DNA from: Sphyrna mokarran | Taxonomy: Eukaryota | Assembly: GCA_024679065.1 (NCBI GenBank) | Contig: JAGIQG010000003.1 | Location: 109,182,001 to 109,246,000 of the forward strand | Length of the DNA: 64,000 nucleotides | Reading direction: 5' to 3' | Program-made: the position numbers and the translations under genes | Shown: positions 13,617 to 27,631 of the stretch, piece after piece | Layout of the letters: every line of letters starts with the position of its first letter | Position numbering within the stretch: the first letter of the stretch is position 1 | Notes under the pieces: model-generated | The model's database searches: none | What the model was told of the DNA's origin: nothing | Seen by the model: only the letters and a program-made list of their open reading frames with translations

Positions 13617-13782
13617 TGAAATGGAAGCAAAAATTTTAGACTACCTGACCCAGCAACAGAAACTTCTACCTCAACTAGCAACAGCTTTTGCTTTTCATTT
13701 CATGGCCTCATCCTTGGAAGCCTTTTGCAACCAAGTAAATGTACAGATCAAAACCAAGGGAGATGTCTCTTTGCTGCCTGAG
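13617..13782 (+). CDS. ACOX2: ACOX2 exon
   Basis: ccttag acceptor; EMEAKILDYLTQQQKLLPQLATAFAFHF...SLLPE; gtaaga donor. Confidence 0.95.
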
Positions 13783-14054
13783 GTAAGATCATTTGTCTTA
13801 TTGCTCAATAGGCAAAGCAGCATTTTCTTTGAACAATAATGTGAATTGAAATATTTGCATCTGTTATATTGCCATTTAAAATAATTGGTTAAAAAATTAC
13901 AAGCTATATCATAATTTATCTTCTGCTATACTTATTTTCTGTGGTGGTTTCCTGAGAGTGCTTATAGTCTGTCTAGTGCAGATGTGCTGTTTTATGTTAT
14001 GTAATACAAACATACAAGTTCTGAACAGGCATAGCTATTGCTACATGATTTGAT

Positions 14055-14425
14055 TGTGACTAAAATGATTATTAGCCATGCCAAATGGCTGACATTTGTC
14101 ACTCTATTTTTCTGTCTAACACCTATAACCTTTGACCCCCCCTCCCCATTTTTAACAAAGAGCCTATCAAATTCAGCCTTTAAAATAATCAAGAACCCTA
14201 CCTCCATTGCTTTCTGGGGAAAATGATTCTATACATTAATGATCCAGTGAGATAAAATGTCTCTCCATCTCGGCCTTAATTGGGAGACTCTTTTCTTTAA
14301 AACTGTGTCCCCTAGTTCTAGTCTCTCCCAAAGGGGAAACTCCTCCTGTGTTCATCCTGTCAAGCTCACTCAGAATCTTATATGTTTTAATAAAATCATT
14401 CTCATTCTTCTAAACTCCAATGGTT
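14055..14425 (-). mobile_element. CR1-type LINE 3' remnant
   Basis: Minus-strand gagactagaactaggggacacagtttt...ttggagtttagaagaatgaga, typical of CR1 C-terminal coding. Confidence 0.65.
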
Positions 14426-15699
14426 AGGGCATATATCACCAGTGCTTGTGGCTTATGGTAACTCGAAATATATGAAATAGCAATTTTGCTCCAACTATTA
14501 TGGAATGGTTGGTAGTGCCTTATTATAACATAAAAACTTCAACCTGGTTTGAGTGTCCTGGAATGGAACTTGAAATCTGCACTTTTGAATTTGGAGGATG
14601 GAATTATTGCACTGCATTACATTAGTAATAAAAGTTTTGGGAAAATATTTAAAAGAATACATTATGCGTTCATTTCAATGTGTTAAACAACAGCATTCCT
14701 GGGTAAAGTAAAACAGGCTTAAATTTTCTGTGATATGTCAAGCAGCTCAATTTTGCTTGTTAGAGAAATTATGTTTTTTTCAGATACATGATTAGAACTT
14801 CACAAAGTTGAAGTTATTTCAGTTTAGTGATTGAGGCTCAGTTCCCTAAAGGACACATCATTGACCACACAGAAAAAGTAAAAGCTTAATGTTTGGAAGT
14901 GTTTAATTGTATCAGTCTTCATCTCCCAATGTAATGGACAGAATGCAGAGTCTAGCTGATCAACTGATTCCTTTGGAAATTCATATGAAATTCTGTAGGT
15001 ATTTAATTAAGAAACTTGCAATATGATAAATTCAAGAACTGGAAAAATCACCAGTAACTTCAGAATGTTACGATGTACAGATCTAATCTGGCTCACTTTT
15101 TATTTATTTGTCTTTTTTTTTCCTTTTGACTGCATCTCAGAATCTTTGACCTCCTGGTCCTTGAAATTTAATTAAAAACAAAACTTGAATATTTTAAGAG
15201 TTCTCAGATGGACTTTGGCTCATATGATTTTAGTTGTGTTTTCAATATCATGGGCAAAAAAACCTCCTATGTCTTAAAATCTGTTGAGGCAGTTAAGTTC
15301 AGTGTCAGAAGTTGAACCAACTCTTTCTGTGAACACTGTTAGGATTTGTCTAATTTGGAATATTCCAGACTGAACTGTTTCTTGAATTTAAGACGACCAT
15401 TATTAAAATGATTGGATTACACATTCAGATTAAAAACAATGTGTAACAAAAGTACAGAAAGATACCTTTTCATTTAAACTCATTTATTACATTTCAAATG
15501 TGATAACTAAGATGGCAACTGCAGCAGTGAATCTGTTTAGAAACAGTGCTTCTGAAATGCATTGATCATGAAAGAAAACCTTAAATGAGCATTTCATATT
15601 TAAATGCAGAAAAATATTGATTTCCATTAACATGTCTGCCAGTAAATCTAATATTTTATTAATATCTAAAGTTTCACAACCTCATTCTAGAATATCTGA

Positions 15700-16070
15700 G
15701 ATTTGCAGTAAAAATGCTAGAGTTGTTCAAAATCACAGAGTCTAGACAGGTTAGATGGAGGGAAATCCTTCCCATTTGTGGAAGGGTCGAGGAACAGAAG
15801 ATTTTGGATGCATGGCAAAAAAAAGTAAAGATGACATGAGGAAAGACTTGCACAATGTAATTAGGATCTGGAATGCGCTGCCTGAGAGTGTGATGGAGGC
15901 ATTTCCAAATGTGGCTTTCGAAAGGCAATTGAATAATTATCTGAGGAGAAAAAGTTTGCAGGGCTCCACAGAAAGTGGGGGAATGCATGGGACTGTTCAA
16001 CTTTCCCTTGCAGAGAGCTGACACAGACACAATAAACTGAATGACCTCCTTCTGTGCTGTAATCATTCTG
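15700..16070 (+). mobile_element. CR1-type LINE 3' remnant
   Basis: VIRIWNALPESVMEA peptide. Confidence 0.65.
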
Positions 16071-16937
16071 TAATTCTAAGTACTGTCCATATGTAGATTC
16101 AGTGCTCAAATTAAGGAGGATCCTAAGCTTTTAGTAACAACTATCCTGTCAGACTAGCATAGGAAAGAGTTAAAGTGATATCCTACAGGGGTCAGTACTT
16201 GTTTGTAAACTAGTTCTGCTTTATAAGAATGACTTAGAGACTCAGAGACAGGATGGTACAAAAGGAGCCCATTCTGGCTCTGTGTAGAACAATTCAGTCA
16301 GTCCTATTCCTCCACTATCTCCATAGCTCTGCAGGTTCATTTCCTTTAAATGCACATTCAATTTCACTTTGAAATTATTGATCATTCCTGCTTCCAACAT
16401 CCACATAGACACAAGTTCCAGGTTGTTACTACTCATGGGACTAGAATAGGGGTTAAAGTAAAGGGGCAGTATGGGCAAATTGGGCCTAAGGGCTTGTTTC
16501 CATCCTTGTAAACCTCTGTGACTTAAAGCTCTTCCGCATTTCTCCATTGCACCACTTGCCATAACCTTAAATTCCTCGTCCTTTTACCATCAGGTTTATT
16601 TTTGTCTACCTCATTTAAACTTGTCATAATTTTGTACTATGTATCAACTCAAGTTTGTTTTTTTTAAATTTAATGTTTCAAGTAGGCTTACATTAACATT
16701 CAATCTTTAACACTCTCTTCAATCTGCTGTGCTCCAGGAACAGCTCCAGCTTCTCCAACTTAACATGTAACTAAAATCCCTCATTCCATGAACCTTTCTG
16801 CTAAATCTACTCTGCACTGTCTGATAGATTCTCACATCATTCCTAAAGGGTAATGATCAGATCTGGATACAGTGCTCCAGTTGTGGCCTAACCAAAGCTT
16901 TATAAAGATTCAGCATAACTTCCCTCCTTTTTTTACT

Positions 16938-17086
16938 CAGTAAGAAATCTCACATCACCAGGTTAAAGTCCAACAGGTTTATTTGGAACCAATTAGTGAT
17001 TCCAAATAAACCTGCTGGATTTTAACCTGGTGTTGTGAGACTTCTTAGATTGCTGACCCCAGTCCAATGCAGGCATCTTCACCTCA
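16938..17086. mobile_element. Miniature palindromic PLE terminus (no ribozyme core), inserted in a CR1 remnant
   Basis: ~55-bp arms taagaaatctcacatcaccaggttaaagtccaacaggtttatttggaa and its reverse complement, followed by the accccagtccaa tail. Confidence 0.75.
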
Positions 17087-17877
17087 CAGCCTTTTATATT
17101 AAACATCCATATTTGTAAAGCCCAAAATTCCACATGGTTTGCTAACTACACAGTTAAATGTCCTGCCACGTTCATGATCTATGCATATGGACCTCCAGCG
17201 GTTAGAACTCGGATGCAAAAACAAATTAAATGTTACTTTTCTGGTACTTTTTTGCAAATTTGTACAAATGAGAGAGGATCCAGTTAAGTCTTTTCAGAAG
17301 AATTTGAGTCAGTAATGCAATTGGGCAGACAAATGATAAATCCAAGTTTTTAATACTGCAGCATAAAGTCTTATTAATGGAAGTAGGTGCCAAGTAAATA
17401 TAATGGAAATTGAAAGACATTTAGAAGATGGAGATTTAGAACGTGACCTTGGAGTAATAATAGATCAAACATTTCTGAATTGAATTGAAATGAATGTTGG
17501 AATATAAAATATATGATGATGCAGTGGTCAAACTGCGTGTTTCCATTCTGGTCATCATCCAAAAAAAGGATGCACGTCATTGGGAGAAGATAGAGGATAC
17601 AGTATGTGATAATTTTAACATGTCTGTTATGAAATTAAACCTGTGTCCTGATACATACCATATGATTAACAGTTATTTCTTTGTTATAACATGGGAGCAG
17701 AAATGCTTATTCTCAAAAGGATGAAAGCCCTATGGCACTAGGCTAGTGTATTCTCAACTAATAATCAGATTACTCGCTGCTAGAATTACATACCAAAAAG
17801 AGAAACAACCAAACACACAGAACACCAATGGAAATAATTTGGGATTTACATACTGTCTTCACTGTACAACAATAAAC

Positions 17878-18182
17878 AGGCAGCATGGTGACACAATGGT
17901 TAGTACTGCTGCTTCACAGCGCCAGGAACCTGGGGTCAATTCCCAGCTTGGGTCGCTGTCTGTGCGGAGTTTGGATGTACTCCTCATGTCTGCATTGGTT
18001 TCCTACGGGTGCTCTGGTTTCCTCACATAGTCCAAAGACGTGCTGATTAGGTGCATTGGCAATTCTAAATTCTCCCTCAGTGTACCCGAACAGATGCCAA
18101 ATGTGGCAACTAGAAAATTTTGACAGTAACTTCATTGCAATGTTATTGTGAGCCTACTTGTAACATTAATAAATAAACTTTA
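17878..18182 (+). mobile_element. HE1/V-type SINE
   Basis: tRNA-like head ggcagcatggtgacacaatggttag, central domain, aataaataaact tail. Confidence 0.8.
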
Positions 18183-18897
18183 TCCCAGGTAAATGGAAAT
18201 TAGTTGAGGTGGTTGAATGTCTTAAAAGAGGAGACAGGATGGGGAAGTTTAAAGTGCACTGCACTACCTAAGGCCTATACAGCTGAAGGAGACTGCTGCC
18301 AGAGACTGACAAAAGGAGAATGCAGCATGTTTGAGTTCCTGAGGGTTGTAGGCCAGTGGATTAGGGAGAAGAGAGGCACAAAAGGGAATTAGACACAAGC
18401 ATGAAAATTAAAAACTGGAGCTCCTCAGGGACATGAGCCAACGCAAATCAGTAAGGTCAGAGTTAGACTGGGTACAGCATTCAATATAAGCAGCAGTGTT
18501 TGGTTGAACTATGCAGTGGAGAATGAGATACCAACCAGTCGAATTTGGGAACAGTTGAGTTTGGAGAGGATAAAGAAATTAGTGAGGTTTTTGACAGCAT
18601 ATGGTCTAAGACAGGAGCAGAGGTGGATGATGTTATGAAAGTAGTCTATCCTGAACAATTTGTCCATCAACCATCATCATTAAAACAAATGATTTGGTCA
18701 TTAATCTTTGTTTATGGGATTTTGTTTTACATAAATTGGCTGCTGAATTTCCTTATATTACTCTATTTAAAATAATCCATGGTCTGTGACTCATTGGCTG
18801 AGAGATTAAATATTGGCCAATAAAATACTTTCATGGGAAATGAAAATTGATAATGTGGAATCCATCAGCACTTATCCAACTCTTAATTTCTCTGCAG

Positions 18898-19088
18898 CTC
18901 CATGCCTTGTCTTCAGGCCTGAAAGCAGTTATTTCTGAGACCTCTAGTGCTGGAGTCGAGATGTGTCGCAGGGCTTGTGGTGGCCATGGTTACTCAATGC
19001 TGAGTGGTTTACCCTCTCTTTACACTTGGGTGGTAGCTTCCTGTACATACGAAGGAGAAAACACCGTAATGCAATTGCAAACTGCAAG
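18898..19088 (+). CDS. ACOX2: ACOX2 exon with catalytic-Glu motif
   Basis: ctgcag acceptor; [10 protein letters not shown]...[13 protein letters not shown]...[17 protein letters not shown]; gtatga donor. Confidence 0.96.
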
Positions 19089-20439
19089 GTATGACTGGAG
19101 CTGACTGTAAATATTTTGAGATTGTTCTATAAACCTATGTCAAATAGAATCCCTACAGGACAGAAGGAGGCCATTTGGCCCATTGAATCTGCACTGACCA
19201 CTATCCCATCTAGACCATATTCCGTAACCCCACACATTTATTGCTAATCCCCTTGACACTTTGGTCAATATAGCATGGCCAATCAACCTAATCTAGTATC
19301 TATTTATGTTGTGTCAGCAAGCATACAAATCTATAGAGAAATATATTAAATATTTAAGAGCACAACTGTTGTAGTTTGGAAGATTAATTACCTTTGACTT
19401 TCAAACCCACTGCATTTAGTGTGCTGAACCATAGTTGGCCATATATATATTATCACCCAGAGAAATAAACTTGCATCAATCTTCCAGTCCTTTATTCCAT
19501 AAATTCTGGGTCAAATTATTCTGCAGTTGCAACTCCAATCTATGCACATGATGGCCTGCTAGCTTTTGCATCAGACTGGCATTCATTCCTCAGAACCTGC
19601 TGTTGAAATCTCGGTAACAGTCCAAACTCCATGATTCCCTCTATTGACACCATAATCTTGGCCCAGTTCCACGATCCGTGCCTTCAATCAATCTTAGCTG
19701 TCAACAAATTAGATTTTTGAATCTGGCTTGGCCCCCACAGAAATCAAATAAAATTATAGGAAATGATGGACTTTCCAAATTGTTATCTAGTAATGCTCAA
19801 TTTCTGCTAGTGTAAATCTTAATGTTGACAGTAATTTATAAACTATAGTAAATCAAATACTGTCTCTGATAGTGTAGTATTCGTGATTTTCTTTTAATTT
19901 GAATGGGTGAAGGCCTTAAATAGATTTCTCAAGTGGAGTTACCTGTTTAAACATCTTAGCTATGTAATGCAAATAGTTAAAGCTAACTGTTGTTGAAAGA
20001 ATTTATGCAACTACCAGAATATTTGTTAAATTTTATACTCATATTTTGGACCATAAAGAACTTGCAACACAATGATAACAAAAATCTAGGCACCAGAGAT
20101 AAATTAACTTTGGAAATATATTTAATATACAAATTATTATAAGCGTGCAAATATATTTGTTATACTCGCAATTAGGTCCATTTGGGACTAAGAGCTATAT
20201 CATCAATGATAGTTTGTGATGAAGCAAAGAACACATAACTCCATCTTATATATTTTATTGAGATATGCCTATTTGGTTGCAGAATATGATGCAATCGTAG
20301 CACAATATGATATTCTTTTGTCTAGCCTGAAAAAACAATTCACTGAAGTTTTGCATTTTGAATGGCCTGTCCTTGGTTTAAAATTATTATCATGCACTGT
20401 TTCTTCTTATTTTATCTAGCCTCATTTTTTTCATCAAAC

Positions 20440-22575
20440 AAGTAAATATGAGGTCGTCCATTTTGGTAGGAATAACAGCATAATGGACTATTATTTAAAT
20501 GGTAGAAAAATGCTGTTGTGCAGAGGGACCTGGGTGCCCTTGCGCAAGAATCTCAAGGAGTTGGTTTGCAGATGCAAAGAACAAAGAACAAAACGGCACA
20601 GGAAACAGGCCCTTCGGCCCAACGAGCCCGTGCCGCCACCCCAATGTTCCCACCTCTACCTGTGATCCCTGTCCATGTTTATAGATCTATGGATTAAAAA
20701 CCAAATTTGAGACAATTTAGGGAGAATTTGTTTTGCCAATTAGCCTAAGAGCACATCTTTGGGATGTGGAGGAAACCGGAGCACCCGGAGAAAACCCACG
20801 CAAGCACGGGGAGAATGCGCAAACTCCCACAGACACAGGCCCAAATCCATGTATCTGCACAGCACAGCGATAGTCACTGAGCTGTCGTGTTGCCCATCAA
20901 ATGGTCCAGGTCAAGCGTACACTAATGATGTGAAGCACTAGGATACACTCGGAAAATCCAAGAGCAGCCCTCTCACAACCCATCGCGTGTATGCCCCTCG
21001 TTAGACAACAAGGTGGACCAAAGCACCTGTAGGATAAAAAAACAAGTACATCAATATCATCATCTATTTACACACTTCCCAGGGACTCCCAAGGCTCATG
21101 ATCCCTATTTTAAATCAGTTTTCTATACCCCTCCATTCCCATTCTGTTCATGTGCCCCTCTAAGTATTTCTTAAATAACTCCAGAGTACCTGCCTCCACC
21201 ACTTTACTTGGCAGCGCATTCCATACCCCCAGCACCCTTTGTGTGAAAAACCTCCCTCTAGCATCCAAATTATACCTTACCCCCCCTCACCCTAAGCCCG
21301 TGACCCCTCGTGCTATTCAAGTCCAGCCTAGGAAAAAGCTTAATCCTGTTAATTCTATCTATACCCCTCATAATCTTGTACACCTCTATTAGATCTCCTC
21401 TAAGTCTACGTCTTTCTAAGGAAAACAGCCCCAATTTGCCTAACCTCTCCTCGTAACTCAGACCTTCCATACCAGGCAGCATTCTGGTAAACCTCTCTCC
21501 AGAGTCTCCACGTCCTTCTGGTAGTAGGGCGATCAGAATTGTACGCAGTATTCCAAATGAGGTCTAACCAACGTTTTATACAACTGCAACGTTAAAGGCC
21601 AGCTCTTATACTCTATGCCCCTTCCTATAAAGGCTAACATACTATATGCTTTCTTCACAACCTTCTCCACTTGCTCTGCCACCTTCGGAGACTTGTGCAC
21701 CCCCAGGTCCCTCTGCGTTTCTATACTCTTAATAGGTCTACCCTTTATCATATACCTCCCCCCTACATTCTTTCTCCCAAACTGCATCACCTCACATTTA
21801 TCAGGATTGAATTCCATCTGCCATCTATCTGCCCAAGCTACCAGCCTATCTATGTCCTGCTGCATCGCCTGACAATGCTCCTCACTATCCACAAGTCCAG
21901 CCATCAGCAGGTAATTAAGAAGGCAAATGGAATTTTGTCCTTCATTGCTAGAGGGATGGAATTCAAAAACAGCAAGATTATGTTACTGCTGTATAAGGGG
22001 TTGGTGAGGCTACACCTGGAGTACTGTATACAGTTTTGAACTCCTTACTTGAGAAAGAATACATTGGCACTGGACAGGATGCAGAGGAGATTCACCAGGT
22101 TGATTCTGGAGTTGAGAGGGTTGGCTTATAGGAGAGATTGAGTAGATTGGGGTTATGCTTATAGGAATTCAGAAGAATGAGGGGAAATCTTAAAGAAACA
22201 CATGATATTATGAAAGGAACAAATAAGATAGAAACAGGGAAGTTGTTTCCACTGCCAGGTGAAACTAGAACTAGGGGGCATAGCCTCAAAATAAGGGAGA
22301 GCAGATTTAGGACTAAGTTGAGGAGGAACTTCATTTACACAAAGCGTTGTGAATCTGTGGAATTCCCCTCCCAATGAAGCAGTTGAGTCTACCTCATTGA
22401 ATGTTCTTAAGCAAGGATAGATAAATTTTTGAATAGTAAACAAAGTAAGGGTTATGGTGAGTGGGTGAGTAAGTGGAGCTGAGTCCACAAAAAGATCAGC
22501 CATGATTTATTGAATGGCGAAGCAGGCTCGAGGGGCCAGATGGCCAACTCCTGCTCCTAGTTCTTATGTTCTTAA
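20440..22575 (+). mobile_element. CR1-type LINE 3' part (host of the nested antisense LINE)
   Basis: QQVIKKANGILSFIARGMEFK...LYKGLVRLHLEYCIQF; GETRTRGHSLKIR; frame continues across the 20576-21904 insertion. Confidence 0.8.
20576..21904 (-). mobile_element. Young CR1-type LINE, 5'-truncated, with long SINE-domain-containing 3' UTR
   Basis: WQMEFNPDKCEVM...LYKTLVRPHLEYCVQF; LFSLERRRLRGDLIEVYKIMRG; (ttgttct)n tail. Confidence 0.88.
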
Positions 22576-23169
22576 CTGTATTAATCCTAACTACCCTAAT
22601 TTCCTTCTGTAGGCATTTCACAAGCTTTACAGATAGATAGTAACGTATGCTAACTATCCCATAGTACTCTAGATATGTCAAGTTGTCAACTTGTCATATT
22701 TTATGTTTCCTCATGCTCTGGTGTTGGGGCAAGATTGATGGAGGAATACTAAGTAAAGATCAAGAACAAGGAAGAAGAGAAATCAGCTGAGCCATTGCTT
22801 TTTCAGTAGTTAGCTACATTGTGGAACTTTGGAGACATAGAATTAGGTTACCTGTCCAATCTGTCAGCTTTAGAATGGTGACCAGAAGAAAGTATCGAGG
22901 AATTTCAAAAGGGTATAGTTTTTTTTTTAAAGCTATTTGTAAATAAAATAATGAACTAAAATCTATTAAATAACAACATAACAGTAACTGTTAAGAAATC
23001 TAGACTAAATGGCTCATATGCCAGTACTCTATAACTAAATTCACAAATTTGATACAGCCTTTGGGTGGTACTTCTCTTTTTCAACCTGGACTTATGAAAT
23101 CACCCCTAAGTGGAAGGTTGATTTTTGACATGCTGGAATTGGTGTAATTTTTCTTCTCTTTTTCTTTAG

Positions 23170-23331
23170 GTTTCTAATGAAGTGCCTTACTAGAGTAGAT
23201 TGTGGTCAGCCTTTGCCCCAGTCTGTTTCTTATCTGTCTGAACCCATCACTCTTCATTGTTCTGCGAAGGAGAAAAGTGATTTCCTTAAGCCATTCATAT
23301 ATGTAGAGTCATACAAACGGAGGGCACACAG
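23170..23331 (+). CDS. ACOX2: ACOX2 exon
   Basis: long pyrimidine tract + ttag; FLMKCLTRVDCGQPLPQSVSYLSEP...YVESYKRRAHR; gtaagt donor; phases fit neighbouring exons. Confidence 0.92.
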
Positions 23332-23519
23332 GTAAGTAATAATGCTGTTCTGTGACTGAAATTCCTCCATGAAAAGAAACAGAAATCAACAGAGTAGAAA
23401 GTGGATTCAGGGAAACGACCTTAACCAAGCTAAAAAATTGTAACACAAACTTTCTAAAATGACTTTTTGAACATAAATTTCTTCAAAGATGGATTCTACA
23501 AGTATCTAAAAAAAATTCC

Positions 23520-24245
23520 ACAAATATTACAAGGAAGTAACATTCATTCCACACAAGTACCATGCAAAGACAATCATCAATGTGAGAGAATCTCACCATC
23601 TCCCTTTGACCTTCAAATCATTACCATCCTCACTATCAACATCCTTGGGTTTATCGTTGACTGGAAACTTAACTGGACTAGTCATATAAATACTCTGCCT
23701 ACAAGAGCAAGTCAGAGCTAAAAATTATACAGCAAGTAGCTTACCTTATCCCACAAAACCTATTTATCACCTAAAAGACAGGAATCAAGAGCATAATAGA
23801 ATGCTGTTCACTTGCTTGGATGAGTAGAAGATTTGAGAAGATTGACACCATCCAGGATAAAGCAGCCTTTTTGTGATCAGCACCCCATCTACCACCTTAA
23901 ACATTCACTTCCTCCACCACAAATATACAATTGTTCATTGTGTACCATGAAGAAAATGCATTTTAACAACTTGTCAAGGTTCCTTCAACAGCATTTTTCA
24001 AAATCCATGATCTCTGCCATCTAGATAGATAAGGATAGCAGAAGCATGTGAACACTTTAGCAAGCTCTCCCTAAGACACACTATTCTTAGAATGGAGACT
24101 TGGCTGCTTTCCAAATAGCATTATAGATGTATCCACATCTGCTGAACTGCAGCAGTGAATGTGGTTCACCACCACTTTCTCGAGGACAATTGGGAACAAG
24201 CAACAAATGCTGACCTTGCGAGCAACACTTGCATGCCATGAAAGA
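23520..24245 (+). mobile_element. Old L2/CR1-superfamily LINE 3' remnant
   Basis: INILGFIVDWKLNWTSHINT peptide; 3' end similar to 31350-31880. Confidence 0.6.
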
Positions 24246-26639
24246 ATTATTAGAAACTTGTTCTTTCTGCTGCCAAAGGCTTAAAGTGCTCATATGGCAT
24301 TATTTTGTCCAATATTTTAGCCATTTTATTTCCCGGTATAGTAATTAAATTATTCAGGTGACCTTCAGGTCTACATTGGAAGGCAGAAATCTTTGCACAT
24401 CAGCAATCTTGAAGAACATCAGGAAAGATAAAGTCGTGTGGCCATTTAAATTTAAATGATTCCACTTTGGGGTATACATTTGCTTGTTGGTTTAGTAATC
24501 AGCAAAACCTAATTAATGGAAAGAAACTGGCCAAATAGACAGTACAACGTTACACCCAAACCTTATGTTTGATAACAATTGCATAAGGTTGCTTCAGGGA
24601 ACTTATTATTCTGAATACTCTCCAGAGCGACAATGTAATTTCCTTGTAGGAGATTGTGACAAAAGAGGGAGGAAGAGCTAGTATCAGAGAGTTCTAGGCA
24701 TTAGAGCACATGCTGGATATCTAAACATGTTTTTTATGGACACAACCTGCAGTGCTAGGTCCTCATGTTGTCATGTAATTTAGACTTCAGTCTGACTGCA
24801 CCTATGGATTTCAGTAGAAATTTGTACTTCATCTTTTATTCTTTCGTCCATGAAATTGGACATTTCAAAACCAATCCTCATCACTAATATGAACTTGATT
24901 TGCTGACCAATAGGAACTTGTCATGAGGTGTCGTATCATATACAGTATTAATCATCTGTGAATGTTTTACAGGTGCTTAATTTTGAAACTTCTTTCAGGC
25001 ATTTCTGCTTTGTTAAAAGCCTTAAATGCTTTATCTAAAACTGTTTTTATCATGATGTCGCTGATAATTCTTGACTATTTTGCTTTTGGAAAAATGAAAA
25101 AAAATTGAAGAAAAATATTTCAAACATAAATTAATAATCAAATTAAAATATATTTAAAAACAAAAGAAAAACTACAGAATGTTCCTTCAAGAACTCCATT
25201 AATCATAGAGTTTCACTTATCCATATTCCAAAGTAAATAAGTGAACTTCAAGTTCTCTTCTGACCAAGTTGGATGCAAAATCTAAATATTATAATATATA
25301 AATGAAGTTATGACTCAGTTTGGCAAGACTACTTTAAGTGGTTCTGAAAGCCCTTGTGGTTAATCACAATTGGAATAGATCTAGTTGCATGAATCTTAGC
25401 CATAATTTATTTAGTCTCCCAATGCCTGTTTTAGTCCTGTATGACAGATCCTTGGATCTGAAAAATGATCTAATGTGGAATATAGAAAGCCATTGATAAC
25501 AAACAAGTAGCTGAAAACACGAATTGGGAAAGCTGGATGTCGTTTTCATTGCAAAAGGCATTAAGTATAAAGGTTAAGGAGAATTTGTATGAAGGTTAAG
25601 GAGAATTTGAGGAGTGATTCAGTTGGAACAGGGAGCAAGCCCCATCAAGGAGAAATAACAATGATGGACCATTCTCAGTCAGAATTGCAAAATAAACAAA
25701 ATGGTGGTTGTGATTAGGCAGTGATAAACAGAAAACAAACTAACCCACTGTAATAGAACACATACCAGATACAATGGATAGTGAAAACAGATACACAGCT
25801 CTGAGGGACAATGGGTGGCACTTTACTAATGATTCATTTAGATTATAGACTGACCAAATAAAGATATCTTCTGAGATCTACAAAATCTAATGACTTATTG
25901 AAAATATTCATAGTTCAGCACAATTAATGTAATCCCAGGATCAGTAGGTACCTTATCTACTTGAAGTATCCATAATCTACATAATACTTGTGTTATGACA
26001 AAACTTTCCAAGCAACAATCCTGAAAGATCCAAATTTTTCCATCAATTGGTCAAATTTGCAGATGACAAGACAGAAATCAATAGAGTATACAAATAGTTC
26101 CAAAAGACCTTGTAACATTTTCTGTAGGGTGGAAATTTTCTGATGAAATTGGATACATGTAAAAGTAAGATGCATTCACATAGATTTTCTACTATTCTCC
26201 CTGTGCAAATTGAGAAATGGTTGTTCATGATTTTCTGTCCATTACAGTAAAATAGAAAATATACTTAAACTTGATGAATGGTATTGAACTAGCCAGGAAA
26301 CAGCTTTATGACATCAGGCAGTGATAATAAGATCAGTACAGGCAATATCTAATTATTGCAAAGCAGTAATTATCAAAGTAAACAGAATAATAAATTATAT
26401 TGCCAATACAAGTTAGATGCAATTGTGCTGAAAATGTATAAGGCTCTAGTCAAGCCCAGTGCTGAATAATGCATTTTTTTCTGATTATTGGGACGTTAGA
26501 TAAATTTTTGAGGCCAGGAGGAGGCACAGAAGAATGATCTGAAAATATTTGCACAATATAAAAGTCCCACCCAACTTTTACAATTTATTGTTACAGCTGG
26601 GAGTTTTAATTTTCACTGAGTATTGCTCACCATCAGGAA

Positions 26640-27030
26640 AGAAAAAAGGCTTGAACTTATATAACAACTTTCACAACCTCAGAATGTCCCAAAGTGTTTT
26701 ACCGCAAACGAATCACTTTTGAAGTGTTGTCACTGTTACAACCGCCAATTTGCACACGAGAATATGATAATGTACAGATAATCTGTTTAGTTATATTAGT
26801 GGAGAAATAACAATTGGCCAGGACATGAGGCGAGTTCCTCTGCTTAATATGACAAGGCAAATAAGGCCTCAGTTTTAACATCTCACCCAAAAGATGACAC
26901 TGCCAGCAGTGTATCACTCTTTCAGTACTGCACTGGAGTTTTAGCTCATACTATTTTGTAAAAATTTCTGGGGTGAGATCAATGACTTTCTGTCTCAAGC
27001 TAAAGTACTACTGACTGAGCCAGAGATGAC
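26640..27030 (-). mobile_element. Deu-domain SINE (SacSINE1/AmnSINE1-like)
   Basis: ggcctcagttttaacatctcacccaaaagatgacactgccagcagtgtatcactctttcagtactgcactggag resembles the Deu core as recalled; a second remnant lies near 33180-33310. Confidence 0.55.
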
Positions 27031-27205
27031 AATGAAGTGAGTTTCCAGTTATGGATATGACAGTGATGATACCCTATGTGAATCCCTTCTTAGGGCACTC
27101 ATATTGTAAATTAGAATTAGTGTTATTGGAATTAAATCTTCATTCGGCTAACATGAATCCTCATATTCAATGCTAACGTGAAGGGACCATGTTTGGAATT
27201 TCTTC

Positions 27206-27425
27206 TGATGGTATAATATGATGCTGTGTAGCAAAATAGCATTGATTTGGTTATTTGTAGTCCAAATCTAAACTACCCATTTATCAGGAAGTAAACCATT
27301 CATACATATGTTGTTGAAACTTCATGCATCAATTAATCTCCTTAGGGAATTCCCTCTAGTATCATCAATGGAATCATCCCATACATGACATCGAAATGTA
27401 CATTTTATTTGTTTTTGCTGAATAA
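27206..27425. repeat. Inverted duplicate of 28830-28972 + 29336-29425
   Basis: Reverse-complement match seen by eye (e.g. ttgttgaaacttcatgcatcaattaatct vs agattaattgatgcatgaagtttcaacaa). Confidence 0.88.
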
Positions 27426-27631
27426 TGTAGACATAATTAACTTTTGAATTAGCTTTTATTATAAAATGCTAGTCCATTTTTTTTTCATGTCTACATTTTA
27501 TCTGTTTAATTGTGATATAAGGCAATTCTATTTAATGTTTTTCAGTGTGCTAGCCACTCAGAATCCTTCCCTAAATCATTTAAATAAATGCAACAACTTG
27601 AATGTCAATAGTGTAAAACCAGCCTCCATCT

